Shown here: positions 28,995 to 38,754 of the stretch, piece by piece
How positions within the stretch are numbered: position 1 is the first letter of the stretch
How the letters are laid out: every line of letters starts with the position of its first letter
Source: Desulfomonilia bacterium
GTDB taxonomy: Bacteria > Desulfobacterota > Desulfomonilia > UBA1062
Reading direction: 5' to 3'
Assembly: GCA_963664325.2 (NCBI GenBank)
Contig: CAXXDQ010000007.1
Location: 672,001-736,000 of the forward strand
DNA length: 64,000 nucleotides
Notes under the pieces: generated by a model
What the model was told of the DNA's origin: nothing
The model's input: the letters and a program-made list of their open reading frames with translations, nothing else
The model's database searches: none
Program-made: the position numbers and the translations under genes

Positions 28995-29119
28995 ATTCCG
29001 GCTTGCATTCGAGATGATGCCGCGAAGGCCAGGAGGAAGCGACGCAGGCATACTTTAACGTATGTTGAGGAGCATTTCGACGCAGCCGACAACGGCAGGG
29101 CTTGAATGCGAGCCGGAAT
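28995..29119. repeat. 125-bp structured element with 19-bp terminal inverted repeats (MITE-like or structured RNA)
   Basis: ATTCCGGCTTGCATTCGAG ... CTTGAATGCGAGCCGGAAT (2 mismatches, both G-U compatible); inner GCATAC-TTTAAC-GTATGT. Confidence 0.65.
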
Positions 29120-31020
29120 CAGCAGAACTTGCTGAGGAGGATTTGAGTTGATATGATGCCTACAAACGCACTATTATCCCGCCACCCCAACCTTGACGAC
29201 TCCGCACATTTTTTTATGAGCGTCTCCACCATCTTCGGCTCGAACAGGCCTGAGCTTTCGATTGCCGAGGTATCGAGATAAGGCGCGATGTTTGCGCGCG
29301 GTAAGCCGCCTTCGAAGAAGCCCTCCTTGTTCGGCGCGCCGTAGGGCTGCTTTGTGCGGGAAAATATCTCACGCGGCAGTTCGTCCATAAAGGCCTTCTT
29401 GAGGATATACTTTTCTGTAAGGCCCTTGAGCTTCAGCTTAGGGTCAATCCTGTTGGCGAATTCCGCGACATTATGATCAAGGAAGGGATAGCGGCCTTCC
29501 ACGCTGTGCGCCATTGTCATGCGCTCGCCCTGGGAGCAGAGCAGGTATCCTGCCAGCAGGAGCTTTATCTCGATATACTGGGCCTGATTGAGCGGATGCC
29601 ACCTTTTGAAGTCATCAGGTATCAGGGTTTCCAGTTCAAGGACAGGGTCGTACCCGGCAAGCTCCTCCTTCAGCTTCGATGTAAAGTAGGCCTGGATGCC
29701 GGAGGTATTCCTCCACGTGGGCAGGTGCGAATACCCGAAATGCCCGGTTTGGGCGATGTCCTTCTTGTAAAACGATATGAGCATGGCGCCCGAGCGCTTC
29801 ATCTGCACAGGCGAATACGGGTAAAGCCTGAAAAGGAGCTGCGGCCTTAATTTTGAATCGGGATACTTCGACCAGAACCTGCGTATCCTGTTTTCCTTGA
29901 ATATGTCATAGCCGCCGAAGAGCTCGTCGGAACCCTCGCCCGTAAGCACCACCTTGATCCCGTGGCTTCTCGTGAGTCCGGAAAGACGGTGCATCGGCGC
30001 AGGGGCGGACCGCAGCACGGGCGTCTCGGCATGCCAGACAACATCCTCGAAGACATTCCCGATATCAGAGTAGTCAATCTTTTCCACATGGTGATTCGTG
30101 CCGAGCGCCTTGCCCATCATCTCCTGGAAGGGCGCCTCGTCATATGCAGCATCGGCAAAGCTTACTGAAAAAGTTTCCATGTGCTGGGCGTGTTTCCTGA
30201 CAAGCAGGCAGAGTATGCTGGAATCCAGGCCGCCGCTCAGATATGCGCCCACAGGCACGTCGGCCCTGAGCCTTATGAATGCAGAATAGTCGAGCCGCTC
30301 CCTTATGCCTTCGACGGCTGTCTTCTCGTTGGTAATGTCGTGGCCGTCCGCATCAGGGAATGTGATATCCCAGTAGATCTGCTTTCTCACCCCGGACCCG
30401 TCGGCCACCATGAATTCTCCGGGCCTCAATTGGCTTACGCCTTCGAAAACAGTCCTCGGCGCAACCGTGTTCCAGAACGTGAACACCTGCGACAGGCCCT
30501 TGCTGTCGAGGCTTAATCTTCCCAGAACCGGCAGCATGGCCTTTACTTCGGATGAAAATATCAGGCTGTCACCCTTGAAAGCATAGAATAAGGGCGAAAT
30601 CCCGAACCGGTCGCGGGCCAGCACCAGCCGCTTGTTCCTGGTGTCCCACAGCGCAAAGGCAAACTGGCCGTTCATGTGTTCGAACATGTTAAGCCCGTAT
30701 TCGTCGTAGAGGTGCGGGATCAGCTCGATGTCACAGTCGGTGCGGAAGACGTGGCCTTTTTTTTTGAGTTCCTCGCGAAGTTCGATGTAATTGAAGATCT
30801 CGCCGTTGGCCGAGACAACTATGCTGCCGTCATTGTTGGACATGGGCTGTCTGCCGGTGGATACGCCGATAATGGATAGCCTTTTGTGGCCGAGCAGCAG
30901 CCCGCCATCCGCCCATGTGCCGTACTCGTCGGGCCCCCTGTGGTTCATGGTGGAGAGCATCCTTTCGATGTCCTCCAGAGAGAATCCGGCCGGATTATAT
31001 ATTCCAGCTACACCGCACAC
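29119..31020 (-). CDS. asnB: asparagine synthase (glutamine-hydrolysing) family amidotransferase
   Basis: GTG start then CGVAG (Ntn Cys), HRGPD, NGEIFN, SGGLDSS, GEGSDE. Confidence 0.9.
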   Translation of the reverse strand: MCGVAGIYNPAGFSLEDIERMLSTMNHRGPDEYGTWADGGLLLGHKRLSIIGVSTGRQPMSNNDGSIVVSANGEIFNYIELREELKKKGHVFRTDCDIELIPHLYDEYGLNMFEHMNGQFAFALWDTRNKRLVLARDRFGISPLFYAFKGDSLIFSSEVKAMLPVLGRLSLDSKGLSQVFTFWNTVAPRTVFEGVSQLRPGEFMVADGSGVRKQIYWDITFPDADGHDITNEKTAVEGIRERLDYSAFIRLRADVPVGAYLSGGLDSSILCLLVRKHAQHMETFSVSFADAAYDEAPFQEMMGKALGTNHHVEKIDYSDIGNVFEDVVWHAETPVLRSAPAPMHRLSGLTRSHGIKVVLTGEGSDELFGGYDIFKENRIRRFWSKYPDSKLRPQLLFRLYPYSPVQMKRSGAMLISFYKKDIAQTGHFGYSHLPTWRNTSGIQAYFTSKLKEELAGYDPVLELETLIPDDFKRWHPLNQAQYIEIKLLLAGYLLCSQGERMTMAHSVEGRYPFLDHNVAEFANRIDPKLKLKGLTEKYILKKAFMDELPREIFSRTKQPYGAPNKEGFFEGGLPRANIAPYLDTSAIESSGLFEPKMVETLIKKCAESSRLGWRDNSAFVGIISTQILLSKFC

Positions 31021-31199
31021 ATACGACTCCTGAAAACTTTTATTAAATAATACATCGGCTGAAAAGAATGAAACCTGCAACTTAAAATCATACGCCGATG
31101 CATAATCGGAACATATTCTTTTTTTTAAAGTATTGCCCTGCCTCGGACTTTCTTCAAAAAACCAATGACATTTTTATCATATGCCTATAAATAACCGGT

Positions 31200-31862
31200 A
31201 TGAAAAAGACAGCCGGATTTATCGCAATACTGTTTGCGCTCCTGTTGCAAATGGGATGCTCCATGCCCCTGAGCATTCTGAACAGTGCCGACAGCGCGGA
31301 TATTTACAAGGCGTGGGGCGGAAGATACTGCACGGGTGACATGTATCTCGCGGGCAACTCTGAGATAATCCTGAGATTGGGAAATTACAAGCTTTATGGT
31401 GACAGCGTCCTTAGCAAGGCTCCCAAGCTGCCCTCATGCAGATATTATCTCATGCTGGTTTCCTCCGGGTATTCAAGGAGCGTCTTCCAGACGCCTTCAA
31501 CCCTGGTTGTCGTTATCGATGATGAGGCGGTAATCCCGCTCAGCATCTCGGGGGCCACCACAAGCGGGGCAAAAGGCAAATATCTGCTGTCCAATGCGCA
31601 GGACTCTCCGGCAACCCCCAATGCGGATGTGTACGAAATGCAGCCTTTCTACAAAAAAATTGTCTATTACGGCATTGACGCCAGGGTTATAAAGAGCATG
31701 GCCGAATCGAAAAAGCTTTACCTGAAAACGGAAAACAATATTTATGATCTCATGAAGCTAGACGACAAAAAGAAGTATGCCCCCCGGACGTTTATCGAAG
31801 GGTGCAGAAAGTTTTATTATGACGTGGTTTTAAGCCAGTGCGGCCCCATGAATGAAAAATAA
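31200..31862 (+). CDS. hypothetical lipoprotein
   Basis: Signal peptide with lipobox-like QMGC; no recognised domain. Confidence 0.65.
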   Translation: MKKTAGFIAILFALLLQMGCSMPLSILNSADSADIYKAWGGRYCTGDMYLAGNSEIILRLGNYKLYGDSVLSKAPKLPSCRYYLMLVSSGYSRSVFQTPSTLVVVIDDEAVIPLSISGATTSGAKGKYLLSNAQDSPATPNADVYEMQPFYKKIVYYGIDARVIKSMAESKKLYLKTENNIYDLMKLDDKKKYAPRTFIEGCRKFYYDVVLSQCGPMNEK

Positions 31863-31948
31863 GGGCCAAAATCCCGGGATTATTGAAACATTTTTCCGGG
31901 GACAGTGAAAATATCAATCAGGCGATATTTACCTGCGGCGCAGCTGAT

Positions 31949-31989
31949 AAAAAAGGCCTCGACAGTATTACCTGTTGAGGCCCCTTTTT
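31949..31989. terminator. bidirectional terminator
   Basis: A6-GGCCTCGACAG-TATTAC-CTGTTGAGGCC-CCTTTTT. Confidence 0.75.
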
Positions 31990-32058
31990 CTTCCGGGAAG
32001 AGCGTCAGAGGTCTTGATTAACCTTGCCGGTCGATCCCCTTAACTACTCATTCGGTTC

Positions 32059-32850
32059 CTACTTTTTCTTCGGGGGCATCAGCATATCCTGGATGCGCAT
32101 CATGAAGCTGCCCATAACGCCGGCATATTCAGGAGAGCCTTCCAGCTTGATGTCGCCGTCGGATGTCGCACTGACCGTATCCTTGCTTTCGCCCAGAACC
32201 TTGTAGGCGCCTTCGATGCCGTTAAATCTCATGTGCACAAACGGGGCCTTCCGTGCATATTTGCCGTGGCCGGCCTTTGTCTTTCCGGCTTTGATCCTCA
32301 AATAAGCGGCAGGGCCGTCAGGGTCCACCGACATCTGGTAAATCCTGTCGGGCTGCTTGCCGGTCCAGACCATCATATCCTCGTCACCGCCCTTGTTGAG
32401 CTGTGAAAGAGCATTGGTGATCATGTACATGATCATCTTCACCTTCAGTTCGCGCTTGGCGGGGTCCTTGGGATTCATGTTCGGCATCAGCAGCAAAAGA
32501 CCGAGCATAAGGAGCAGAAGCTTCCCGACAAGGGTGATCTTCGTAAGTCCCTTTGGAAAACCTGCCAGCACGGGAACCCCGCCCGTGAAAAGCGCGTTCA
32601 TGCCCGCTGCGTGCTTGAATGCAAGCGCCAGGTCGGGATTCGGGTGTATGCCCTGCAGGACATCGAGTTTTCCATCCTTGAATTCTAGGTACGCACCGGT
32701 ATCAGTCCCCTTGATGCAGAACTGGATCACGCCGTCATACTTGCCAAGAAGCTTCCTCACCGACATGTAGTCGGCCTCGTAAAGCACCTTGAACAACGGC
32801 ATGATCGACCGGAGCGCAATCCGGTTTGTCAGCATTACCTTATCAGCCAT
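32059..32850 (-). CDS. tandem SCP2 (sterol/lipid carrier)-like protein
   Basis: IQF...AYLEFKDGKL...PDLALAF and second repeat AYLRIKAGK...GDIKLEG. Confidence 0.6.
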   Translation of the reverse strand: MADKVMLTNRIALRSIMPLFKVLYEADYMSVRKLLGKYDGVIQFCIKGTDTGAYLEFKDGKLDVLQGIHPNPDLALAFKHAAGMNALFTGGVPVLAGFPKGLTKITLVGKLLLLMLGLLLLMPNMNPKDPAKRELKVKMIMYMITNALSQLNKGGDEDMMVWTGKQPDRIYQMSVDPDGPAAYLRIKAGKTKAGHGKYARKAPFVHMRFNGIEGAYKVLGESKDTVSATSDGDIKLEGSPEYAGVMGSFMMRIQDMLMPPKKK

Positions 32851-32862
32851 GAGAGTTCTCCT

Positions 32863-33870
32863 TTATGCCTCGTCTTCCCAGTTTTCGTCCTCTTCGATCT
32901 CCATCTTCAGAAGTGCGCCGACCGTCTCTACTATGCCGTCGGCATCGAACTTGTAGTGGTGATAGAGGTCTTCAGGGTAACCGACTATCGCAAAGATATC
33001 AGGTACTCCAAGACGCTTGAATGCACATGCCTTGCCGCTTTCGACGATCACTTCTGCGACTGCAGAACCAAGACCGCCCATAATGCTGTGGTCTTCGACC
33101 GTTACAATGCGGCGGGTTTCGGTGACAGCCTCAAGGATTGCATCCTTGTCTATCGGCTTTATCGTATGCATATTGATAACCCTTGCCTCCAGGCCCTGGG
33201 ATTTCAATACCTCGGCAGCCCTCATGCATTGAAGCACACCTACTCCGCAGGCGATAAGGGTGATGTCCTTGCCGTCCCTCATCTTTATGGCCTTGCCGAT
33301 CCTGTAGTCATAGTCCTGGGATTTATAAACAGGGGGCTCAAAACCGCGCCCGATCCTTATGTAAACAGGACCCTCAATCCCCATTGCCGCAACAACCGCA
33401 TTGCCCGTCTCAAAACCGTCGGCTGGCGCTATAACCGTCATGTTCGGGAAAGAGCGCATTATCGCCAGGTCTTCCGTGCAGTGATGGGTCGAACCAGCCT
33501 GGCCGAATGAAATCCCCGCATGGGTCGCTATGATTTTTACATTCAGCTTCTGGTAACAGATATCGGTCCTGACCTGCTCCGCACTCCTCAAGGAAGCAAA
33601 AGCCGCCATTGTAGAAACAACAGGGATCATGCCCGCCTGTGCAAGTCCAGCGGCCATTCCGAACATCGTGTTTTCTGCAATGCCTACATTTATAAACCTT
33701 TCGGAATACTTCTTTCCGAAGCGCCCGATCTTCGTAGAGCTTGCAAGGTCTGCGGTTATCGCTATGATATTGGGATACCTGTCACCTAATTGAGCAAGAA
33801 CTTCTCCATATATTTCCGCCTGTGTTAACTTATCGCCATCGGTTACCGACCAGCTCATACCTTCAGCCAT
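32863..33870 (-). CDS. transketolase, C-terminal (pyrimidine-binding) subunit
   Basis: ADLASST, GIAE, EQVR, GSTHH, GPVYIR, TIKPID, VEDH. Confidence 0.92.
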   Translation of the reverse strand: MAEGMSWSVTDGDKLTQAEIYGEVLAQLGDRYPNIIAITADLASSTKIGRFGKKYSERFINVGIAENTMFGMAAGLAQAGMIPVVSTMAAFASLRSAEQVRTDICYQKLNVKIIATHAGISFGQAGSTHHCTEDLAIMRSFPNMTVIAPADGFETGNAVVAAMGIEGPVYIRIGRGFEPPVYKSQDYDYRIGKAIKMRDGKDITLIACGVGVLQCMRAAEVLKSQGLEARVINMHTIKPIDKDAILEAVTETRRIVTVEDHSIMGGLGSAVAEVIVESGKACAFKRLGVPDIFAIVGYPEDLYHHYKFDADGIVETVGALLKMEIEEDENWEDEA

Positions 33871-33887
33871 GACTTACCTCCTCATCC

Positions 33888-34730
33888 TTATATTTCGCAA
33901 TAGCACTTGTCCAGACATGCGAGCGCCTGATCCCTGAGGTCGCTGTTGATCCCGCCGTAGTGCCACTGTGACTGGTTCTCAAACATTTCAACCCCTTTAC
34001 CCTTAACGGTATTGCATATGATCACCGTCGGCTTACCCTTGGTGGCCTGTGCCTTTTCGATCGCATCGCCGATCTGGGCAAAGTCATGACCGTCAATAGT
34101 TATGGTTTCCCATCCGAAGGCCTGGAATTTTGCATCCAGCGGTTCGAGGGATGTAATGTTCTCGGTCGGACCGTCAATCATGAGCTTGTTGCGGTCAACA
34201 AATAGCGTCAGATTGTCAAGTTTATGATGCGTTGCAATAATGGCTGCTTCCCAGTTTGTGCCTTCGCACAGTTCGCCGTCTCCCACCATGCAGTATGTCC
34301 TGTATGATTTTTTATTGAGTTTGGCCCCGACGGCAAGCCCTACCGCGATTGCAAGTCCGTGCCCCAGAGACCCTGTTGATGCATCGCAGCCTTTGACTTT
34401 AAGGGAATCAAGGTGCATGCCGAACGGGGAACCAGTCTTGTTGAAGTTCTTCAGCAGGTCTTTGTCGAAATACCCTTTTTCCCCCAGTACCGCGGCCCAG
34501 CCAACCCCGCCATGGCCTTTGCTCAGAATGAACCTGTCGCGATCGGCCCAGGCCGGATTTGCCGGATCGATATTCATATACTTCCAGTACAGGGCGACAA
34601 GCACGTCTGTCTGTGAAAGCGACCCTCCGAGGTGAGATCCGCCGCAGGTAAATGTGGTTTCGACAATCAGTTTCCTGATATCCCACGCCTTCTTTCCTAA
34701 TCCCTTGATTTCCTCTTTTGTTAACGGCAT
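33888..34730 (-). CDS. transketolase, N-terminal ThDP-binding subunit
   Basis: HLGGSLS, RDRFILSKGH, STGSLGHG, GDGE...N, TVKGKG. Confidence 0.92.
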   Translation of the reverse strand: MPLTKEEIKGLGKKAWDIRKLIVETTFTCGGSHLGGSLSQTDVLVALYWKYMNIDPANPAWADRDRFILSKGHGGVGWAAVLGEKGYFDKDLLKNFNKTGSPFGMHLDSLKVKGCDASTGSLGHGLAIAVGLAVGAKLNKKSYRTYCMVGDGELCEGTNWEAAIIATHHKLDNLTLFVDRNKLMIDGPTENITSLEPLDAKFQAFGWETITIDGHDFAQIGDAIEKAQATKGKPTVIICNTVKGKGVEMFENQSQWHYGGINSDLRDQALACLDKCYCEI

Positions 34731-34772
34731 TAAAACCTCCTTCCCCCGCCTTCCGGGGATCGATTTTTCGTT

Positions 34773-35411
34773 TCAGGGCTTTGCCCCGAAAATTTTCTTG
34801 CAGACCCATACCGTATCATCTATCAATTCCTCGGGTGATTTCCTGCCTTCGAGAAACGTCTCCTGCCTGATCTTCAGATAAAGCGAAATCTGTGAAAAAG
34901 TAAACATCATCAGATTATTGTCCAGGAAATAATTTGCGGCGTCAATATCCACGTCCGGGTGTATGTGGCCGGTAGCGATTCCGTCCTGCACGATCTTCTT
35001 GAAAAAAGTGTGCCCGACTTCCTCGATCGTCTTTGCATACTTTCTTGAGAAGTCGTCCATGCTGGATGACAATAGAGACATGTACAGCTGCAGGGCCTGA
35101 GGATTTTCCTTCGAAAATGAAAGCGCAGCCAGGAATATGGATTTTATTTTTTCAAAAGGGTCATCCCCCTTGTCGAGCCTGCTCGTGAACGTATCACCGA
35201 GAACGCCGATGCCCATTTCCAGGGTATCGCAGAAAAGTTCTTCCTTGCTGGTAAAATATTTGTACATTGCCCCGATGGATATTCCGGCTTTAGAGGCAAT
35301 AGTATTGATATTCGCTTTATAATAACCGTGTTCTGCAAATTCTCTCGTGGCAATGTCAAGGATCATCTGTTGTTTTTCGGGTGTTATCCGCCGGAATGTG
35401 CCTCTTGCCAT
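34773..35411 (-). CDS. TetR/AcrR family regulator
   Basis: FAEHGY...IASKAGISIGAMYKYFTSKEELF. Confidence 0.93.
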   Translation of the reverse strand: MARGTFRRITPEKQQMILDIATREFAEHGYYKANINTIASKAGISIGAMYKYFTSKEELFCDTLEMGIGVLGDTFTSRLDKGDDPFEKIKSIFLAALSFSKENPQALQLYMSLLSSSMDDFSRKYAKTIEEVGHTFFKKIVQDGIATGHIHPDVDIDAANYFLDNNLMMFTFSQISLYLKIRQETFLEGRKSPEELIDDTVWVCKKIFGAKP

Positions 35412-35452
35412 GTCTTGGTCTTCCCCGTAATTAATTCTTATTTTTAAATGAT

Positions 35453-35470
35453 AGCGAGCGACTGCTCGCT
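35453..35470. promoter_or_regulatory. probable TetR operator
   Basis: Perfect inverted repeat AGCGAGC-GACT-GCTCGCT between tetR and aor; TTGACA on both strands nearby (35493-35498 minus, 35531-35536 plus). Confidence 0.65.
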
Positions 35471-35629
35471 GACTACATGATGCTGTATTTATTGTCAAGA
35501 ACAATATTGTTCATAACTATTCATAATCAATTGACAGTCTTCAGGTCTTATCCTAATGATTATAGTCTTGGAAAAATCAGCCGCCAATTACTGCGGATGC
35601 ATTAAACAGCATGGAGGTTATTTAAATTT

Positions 35630-37819
35630 ATGCACTATACAAAGCAGCAGCTCAGGCATGGATATTCGAACCAGTATCTTGAAATTGATCTTAACAGCAA
35701 CGACATGATCATAAAACCTGTTGATCCAGCCGTAAGGGATTTTTTCATTGGAGGCAGAGGGCTGGGACTTTATTACCTCCACAAACTTACAGAACCAGGA
35801 ATGAGCGCTTATGATCCCCAAAACCCGCTCATCTTTTCCCCCGGGCCGCTTGGCGGCGTCCCCCAGTTTCCAGGGACAGCAAAATGCATGGCTGTTTCAC
35901 TATCTCCGCTTACCCATGTTCCCGGGGTATCCAATTTCGGAGGACATTTTGGTGCATATCTCAAATATGCGGGCTTCGATGCACTGCTTTTTACAGGCAA
36001 GGCGGATACGAATTCCATAATCATCATTGATGGATTCAAGAATGAGATATCAATCCAGGTTTCACCGTCCTGCGACCTTGTTTTCGACCTTGAGAAACAC
36101 CTCGTCGGGATGTTCACAGGTCAGGGTTATGAAAAAAAGCACATAGTGTTTCTTTCGACAGGGATCGGCGCGGCAAATACCACCTACGGCTGCATCAACA
36201 GCCATTATTTCGATCTCACAAAACCTGCAATGGATGGAACCAAAGGAATATGGAGGGTCAAGCAGGCAGGCCGGACCGGGCTGGGCACCGTCATGATGGA
36301 TAAAAAAATCAGGGCTGTCGTTGTTCTGGCCGACTACCCCAAGGGCGAAAACCCTTACGGTGCGGCTGACTGGGAAAAAGTAAAAGAATCCGGGCAAAAA
36401 CTCGGCAAGGTCGTACATGATGTTGACCCCCACTCTCTTCAGATGCACAGGAAAGGAAGCGCGGGACTTATTTCATTTATGAACAGGGATTCCTATTGCT
36501 CGCTTCCCGTAAGAAACTACCAGTTCGGCTCAGATGTCCAGGCCGAAAAAATCTGCGGCAAATACTATGCAGAGCATCTTTTTGATCACAGGGGCAACGA
36601 CGGCTGTTTTCCCGGTTGCAATCTGAGATGCACAAAAGGCGGATGTGTAACGCTAAAATCCGGCCGGAAAAAGGGCTTGCGGGTATGGGTTGACGGCCCG
36701 GAATATGAAACAGCCGCAGGTTTCGGCTCGAACCTGGGAATCTTCGATCCCGAGTTTATAATGGAGGCCAACTGGTATTGTGATGATTACGGCATCGACA
36801 CGATAACAGTTTCAGTTATCATGGCTTTTATCATGGAATGCTTCCAGAGGGGCTATCTTGCAAAAGACGACACCGGAGGTTTCGAACTCAACTGGGGGGA
36901 CGTGGCAGCCTCAGCCGCATTCATACACAATGTGGGCCGGCAGGAAACCGAACTCGCCAGGATAGCGGGAAAGGGCATGCTCGAACTTATCGACTGGGTT
37001 GCGGAAAAGTATATGCGGAGAACAGGAGAAAAAGATCCAAGGCCTGATCTCGAGCTGTTTGCGATGCACTCGAAAGGACTTCCGTTTTCTCTTTACAGGA
37101 CTCACCGCTCCCTTTCCATGCAGGGTTCTTATGCCGCCGCCAGCGACATAGGGGCACACCATGCCGCAGCATGGCTTATCAAAGCGGACCTGCTCGGCGC
37201 TTTTCCAAGCTTCGAGGACAAGGCGCGCGCGCTCATTACATATCCGCGCGTCAGGCTTGGGAATGACAACCTGGGGCTATGCAAACTTCCCTGGGTGGAT
37301 GTTTTCAATCCGGATTCAGAAAAATATACAAATACTGATATCTATATAAATCCCGCATCACAGGAGTTTTATGCAGGCTTCTATAACGGGATGCTGGGCA
37401 CAGACATGACCTGGGAACAGATTTTCGAGCAGACCGACAGGGATATAAACCTGCAACGTGTAATGAATGTCATGGTCTACGGGAGGGAAACCGGGTCACA
37501 TGACTGGATACCCGACCGTGCAATAGGCCCCACCACCGACAGCCTGTATGAAGCGGAAAAAGATTATAATGATGAAGAGGTTTCCCGAATAACAGGCAAA
37601 GACATTCCCGTTGTCAGACACATGAATATACCTGAAAAGAGGGAACTCCTTATGAAAAGCAGGAAAGACCGCCTGAAAAATCTGGTCCGGTCATATTATG
37701 AAGCCAGGGGATGGACTGCAGAGGGCATACCCCCAATAGAAACACTTGAAAAGCTCGGCCTCTGGCAATTCATCAGCGATGGAACAAAGGAGAGGCTTGC
37801 AGAACTTTTAAGCTCGTGA
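35630..37819 (+). CDS. tungsten-dependent aldehyde:ferredoxin oxidoreductase family
   Basis: FIGGRGLG, SPLT, AGRTGLGTVM, CxxxCxxxC, GPEYET, DDYGIDTI, YYEARGW. Confidence 0.9.
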   Translation: MHYTKQQLRHGYSNQYLEIDLNSNDMIIKPVDPAVRDFFIGGRGLGLYYLHKLTEPGMSAYDPQNPLIFSPGPLGGVPQFPGTAKCMAVSLSPLTHVPGVSNFGGHFGAYLKYAGFDALLFTGKADTNSIIIIDGFKNEISIQVSPSCDLVFDLEKHLVGMFTGQGYEKKHIVFLSTGIGAANTTYGCINSHYFDLTKPAMDGTKGIWRVKQAGRTGLGTVMMDKKIRAVVVLADYPKGENPYGAADWEKVKESGQKLGKVVHDVDPHSLQMHRKGSAGLISFMNRDSYCSLPVRNYQFGSDVQAEKICGKYYAEHLFDHRGNDGCFPGCNLRCTKGGCVTLKSGRKKGLRVWVDGPEYETAAGFGSNLGIFDPEFIMEANWYCDDYGIDTITVSVIMAFIMECFQRGYLAKDDTGGFELNWGDVAASAAFIHNVGRQETELARIAGKGMLELIDWVAEKYMRRTGEKDPRPDLELFAMHSKGLPFSLYRTHRSLSMQGSYAAASDIGAHHAAAWLIKADLLGAFPSFEDKARALITYPRVRLGNDNLGLCKLPWVDVFNPDSEKYTNTDIYINPASQEFYAGFYNGMLGTDMTWEQIFEQTDRDINLQRVMNVMVYGRETGSHDWIPDRAIGPTTDSLYEAEKDYNDEEVSRITGKDIPVVRHMNIPEKRELLMKSRKDRLKNLVRSYYEARGWTAEGIPPIETLEKLGLWQFISDGTKERLAELLSS

Positions 37820-37832
37820 TTATATCCTGATC

Positions 37833-38735
37833 ATGCCCCATACCGATGAGATCCTGACAATACTTTTCGCCGACATATCCGGCAGCACGGGCCTTTATGA
37901 ATCGCTGGGCAATGAGGCTGCCCACAGCATAATCAGGGAATGCCTTTCAATGCTCGGGGTCACGGCCCGTTTGCACGACGGTGAAGTCATCAAAACCATG
38001 GGTGACGGAATCATGTGCTCTTTTCACGATGCAGCAAACGCAACGGATGCGGCTATCGCAATGAACCAGGTAATCGATCAGATTGCAGGCAGACAGGCTG
38101 ACAAGCATATCGTTCCGAATATAAGAACCGGATTTCATACAGGTCCGGTTATACGCCGGGAAAACGACATATTCGGCGATGCGGTAAACGTTGCCGCCAG
38201 AATGGCTTCCCTTGCCAAACCGAGGCAGATAGTGACAACGAAATCAACTGTCGATAGCCTCCCGGATTTTTTCAAGGAGAAGACCGGATTTTTTGACAGG
38301 ACGACCATCAGGGGCAAAGGCGGGGAATTCGACATTTATGAAGTCATCTGGGAGGAAGGCAACCAGACCGTCATCATTAAGACCGAGCAGCCACAACAGG
38401 AACTTGAAAGCTTTATGAATGTCGTATCCGGTGAAAAAAAAGTCAGTGTAGACAAATCGAACCCGGCAATCACCATAGGCCGCCAGGAGCATAATACAAT
38501 TGTCATCGACGACAACATGGTATCCCGCTCCCACTGCAAAATCGAGTATCACAAGGGAAAATTCATATTCATCGATCAGAGTTCGAACGGCTCTTACATA
38601 CATGATGAAGACGGGCATGCCGTTTACGTTCACAACGACGAATCCGTCCTCGGTGAAAAGGGTTTTATAAGCCTCGGGCGTGACGGCATGCAGAATTCCA
38701 TGCTTTCCATCTCATTCAAGAAAAAACTGCGGTAG
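37833..38735 (+). CDS. class III adenylate cyclase with C-terminal FHA domain
   Basis: LFADISGST, IKTMGDG, DIFGDAVNVAAR; FHA GR...VSRSH...SSNG. Confidence 0.9.
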   Translation: MPHTDEILTILFADISGSTGLYESLGNEAAHSIIRECLSMLGVTARLHDGEVIKTMGDGIMCSFHDAANATDAAIAMNQVIDQIAGRQADKHIVPNIRTGFHTGPVIRRENDIFGDAVNVAARMASLAKPRQIVTTKSTVDSLPDFFKEKTGFFDRTTIRGKGGEFDIYEVIWEEGNQTVIIKTEQPQQELESFMNVVSGEKKVSVDKSNPAITIGRQEHNTIVIDDNMVSRSHCKIEYHKGKFIFIDQSSNGSYIHDEDGHAVYVHNDESVLGEKGFISLGRDGMQNSMLSISFKKKLR

Positions 38736-38754
38736 TATAAGGGCATACTGTTCT

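Noticed and set aside
35630-37819. Selenocysteine read-through at TGA stops of redox genes such as AOR
   Set aside because: Proteins end at expected family C-termini and the next gene starts immediately; no in-frame continuation.
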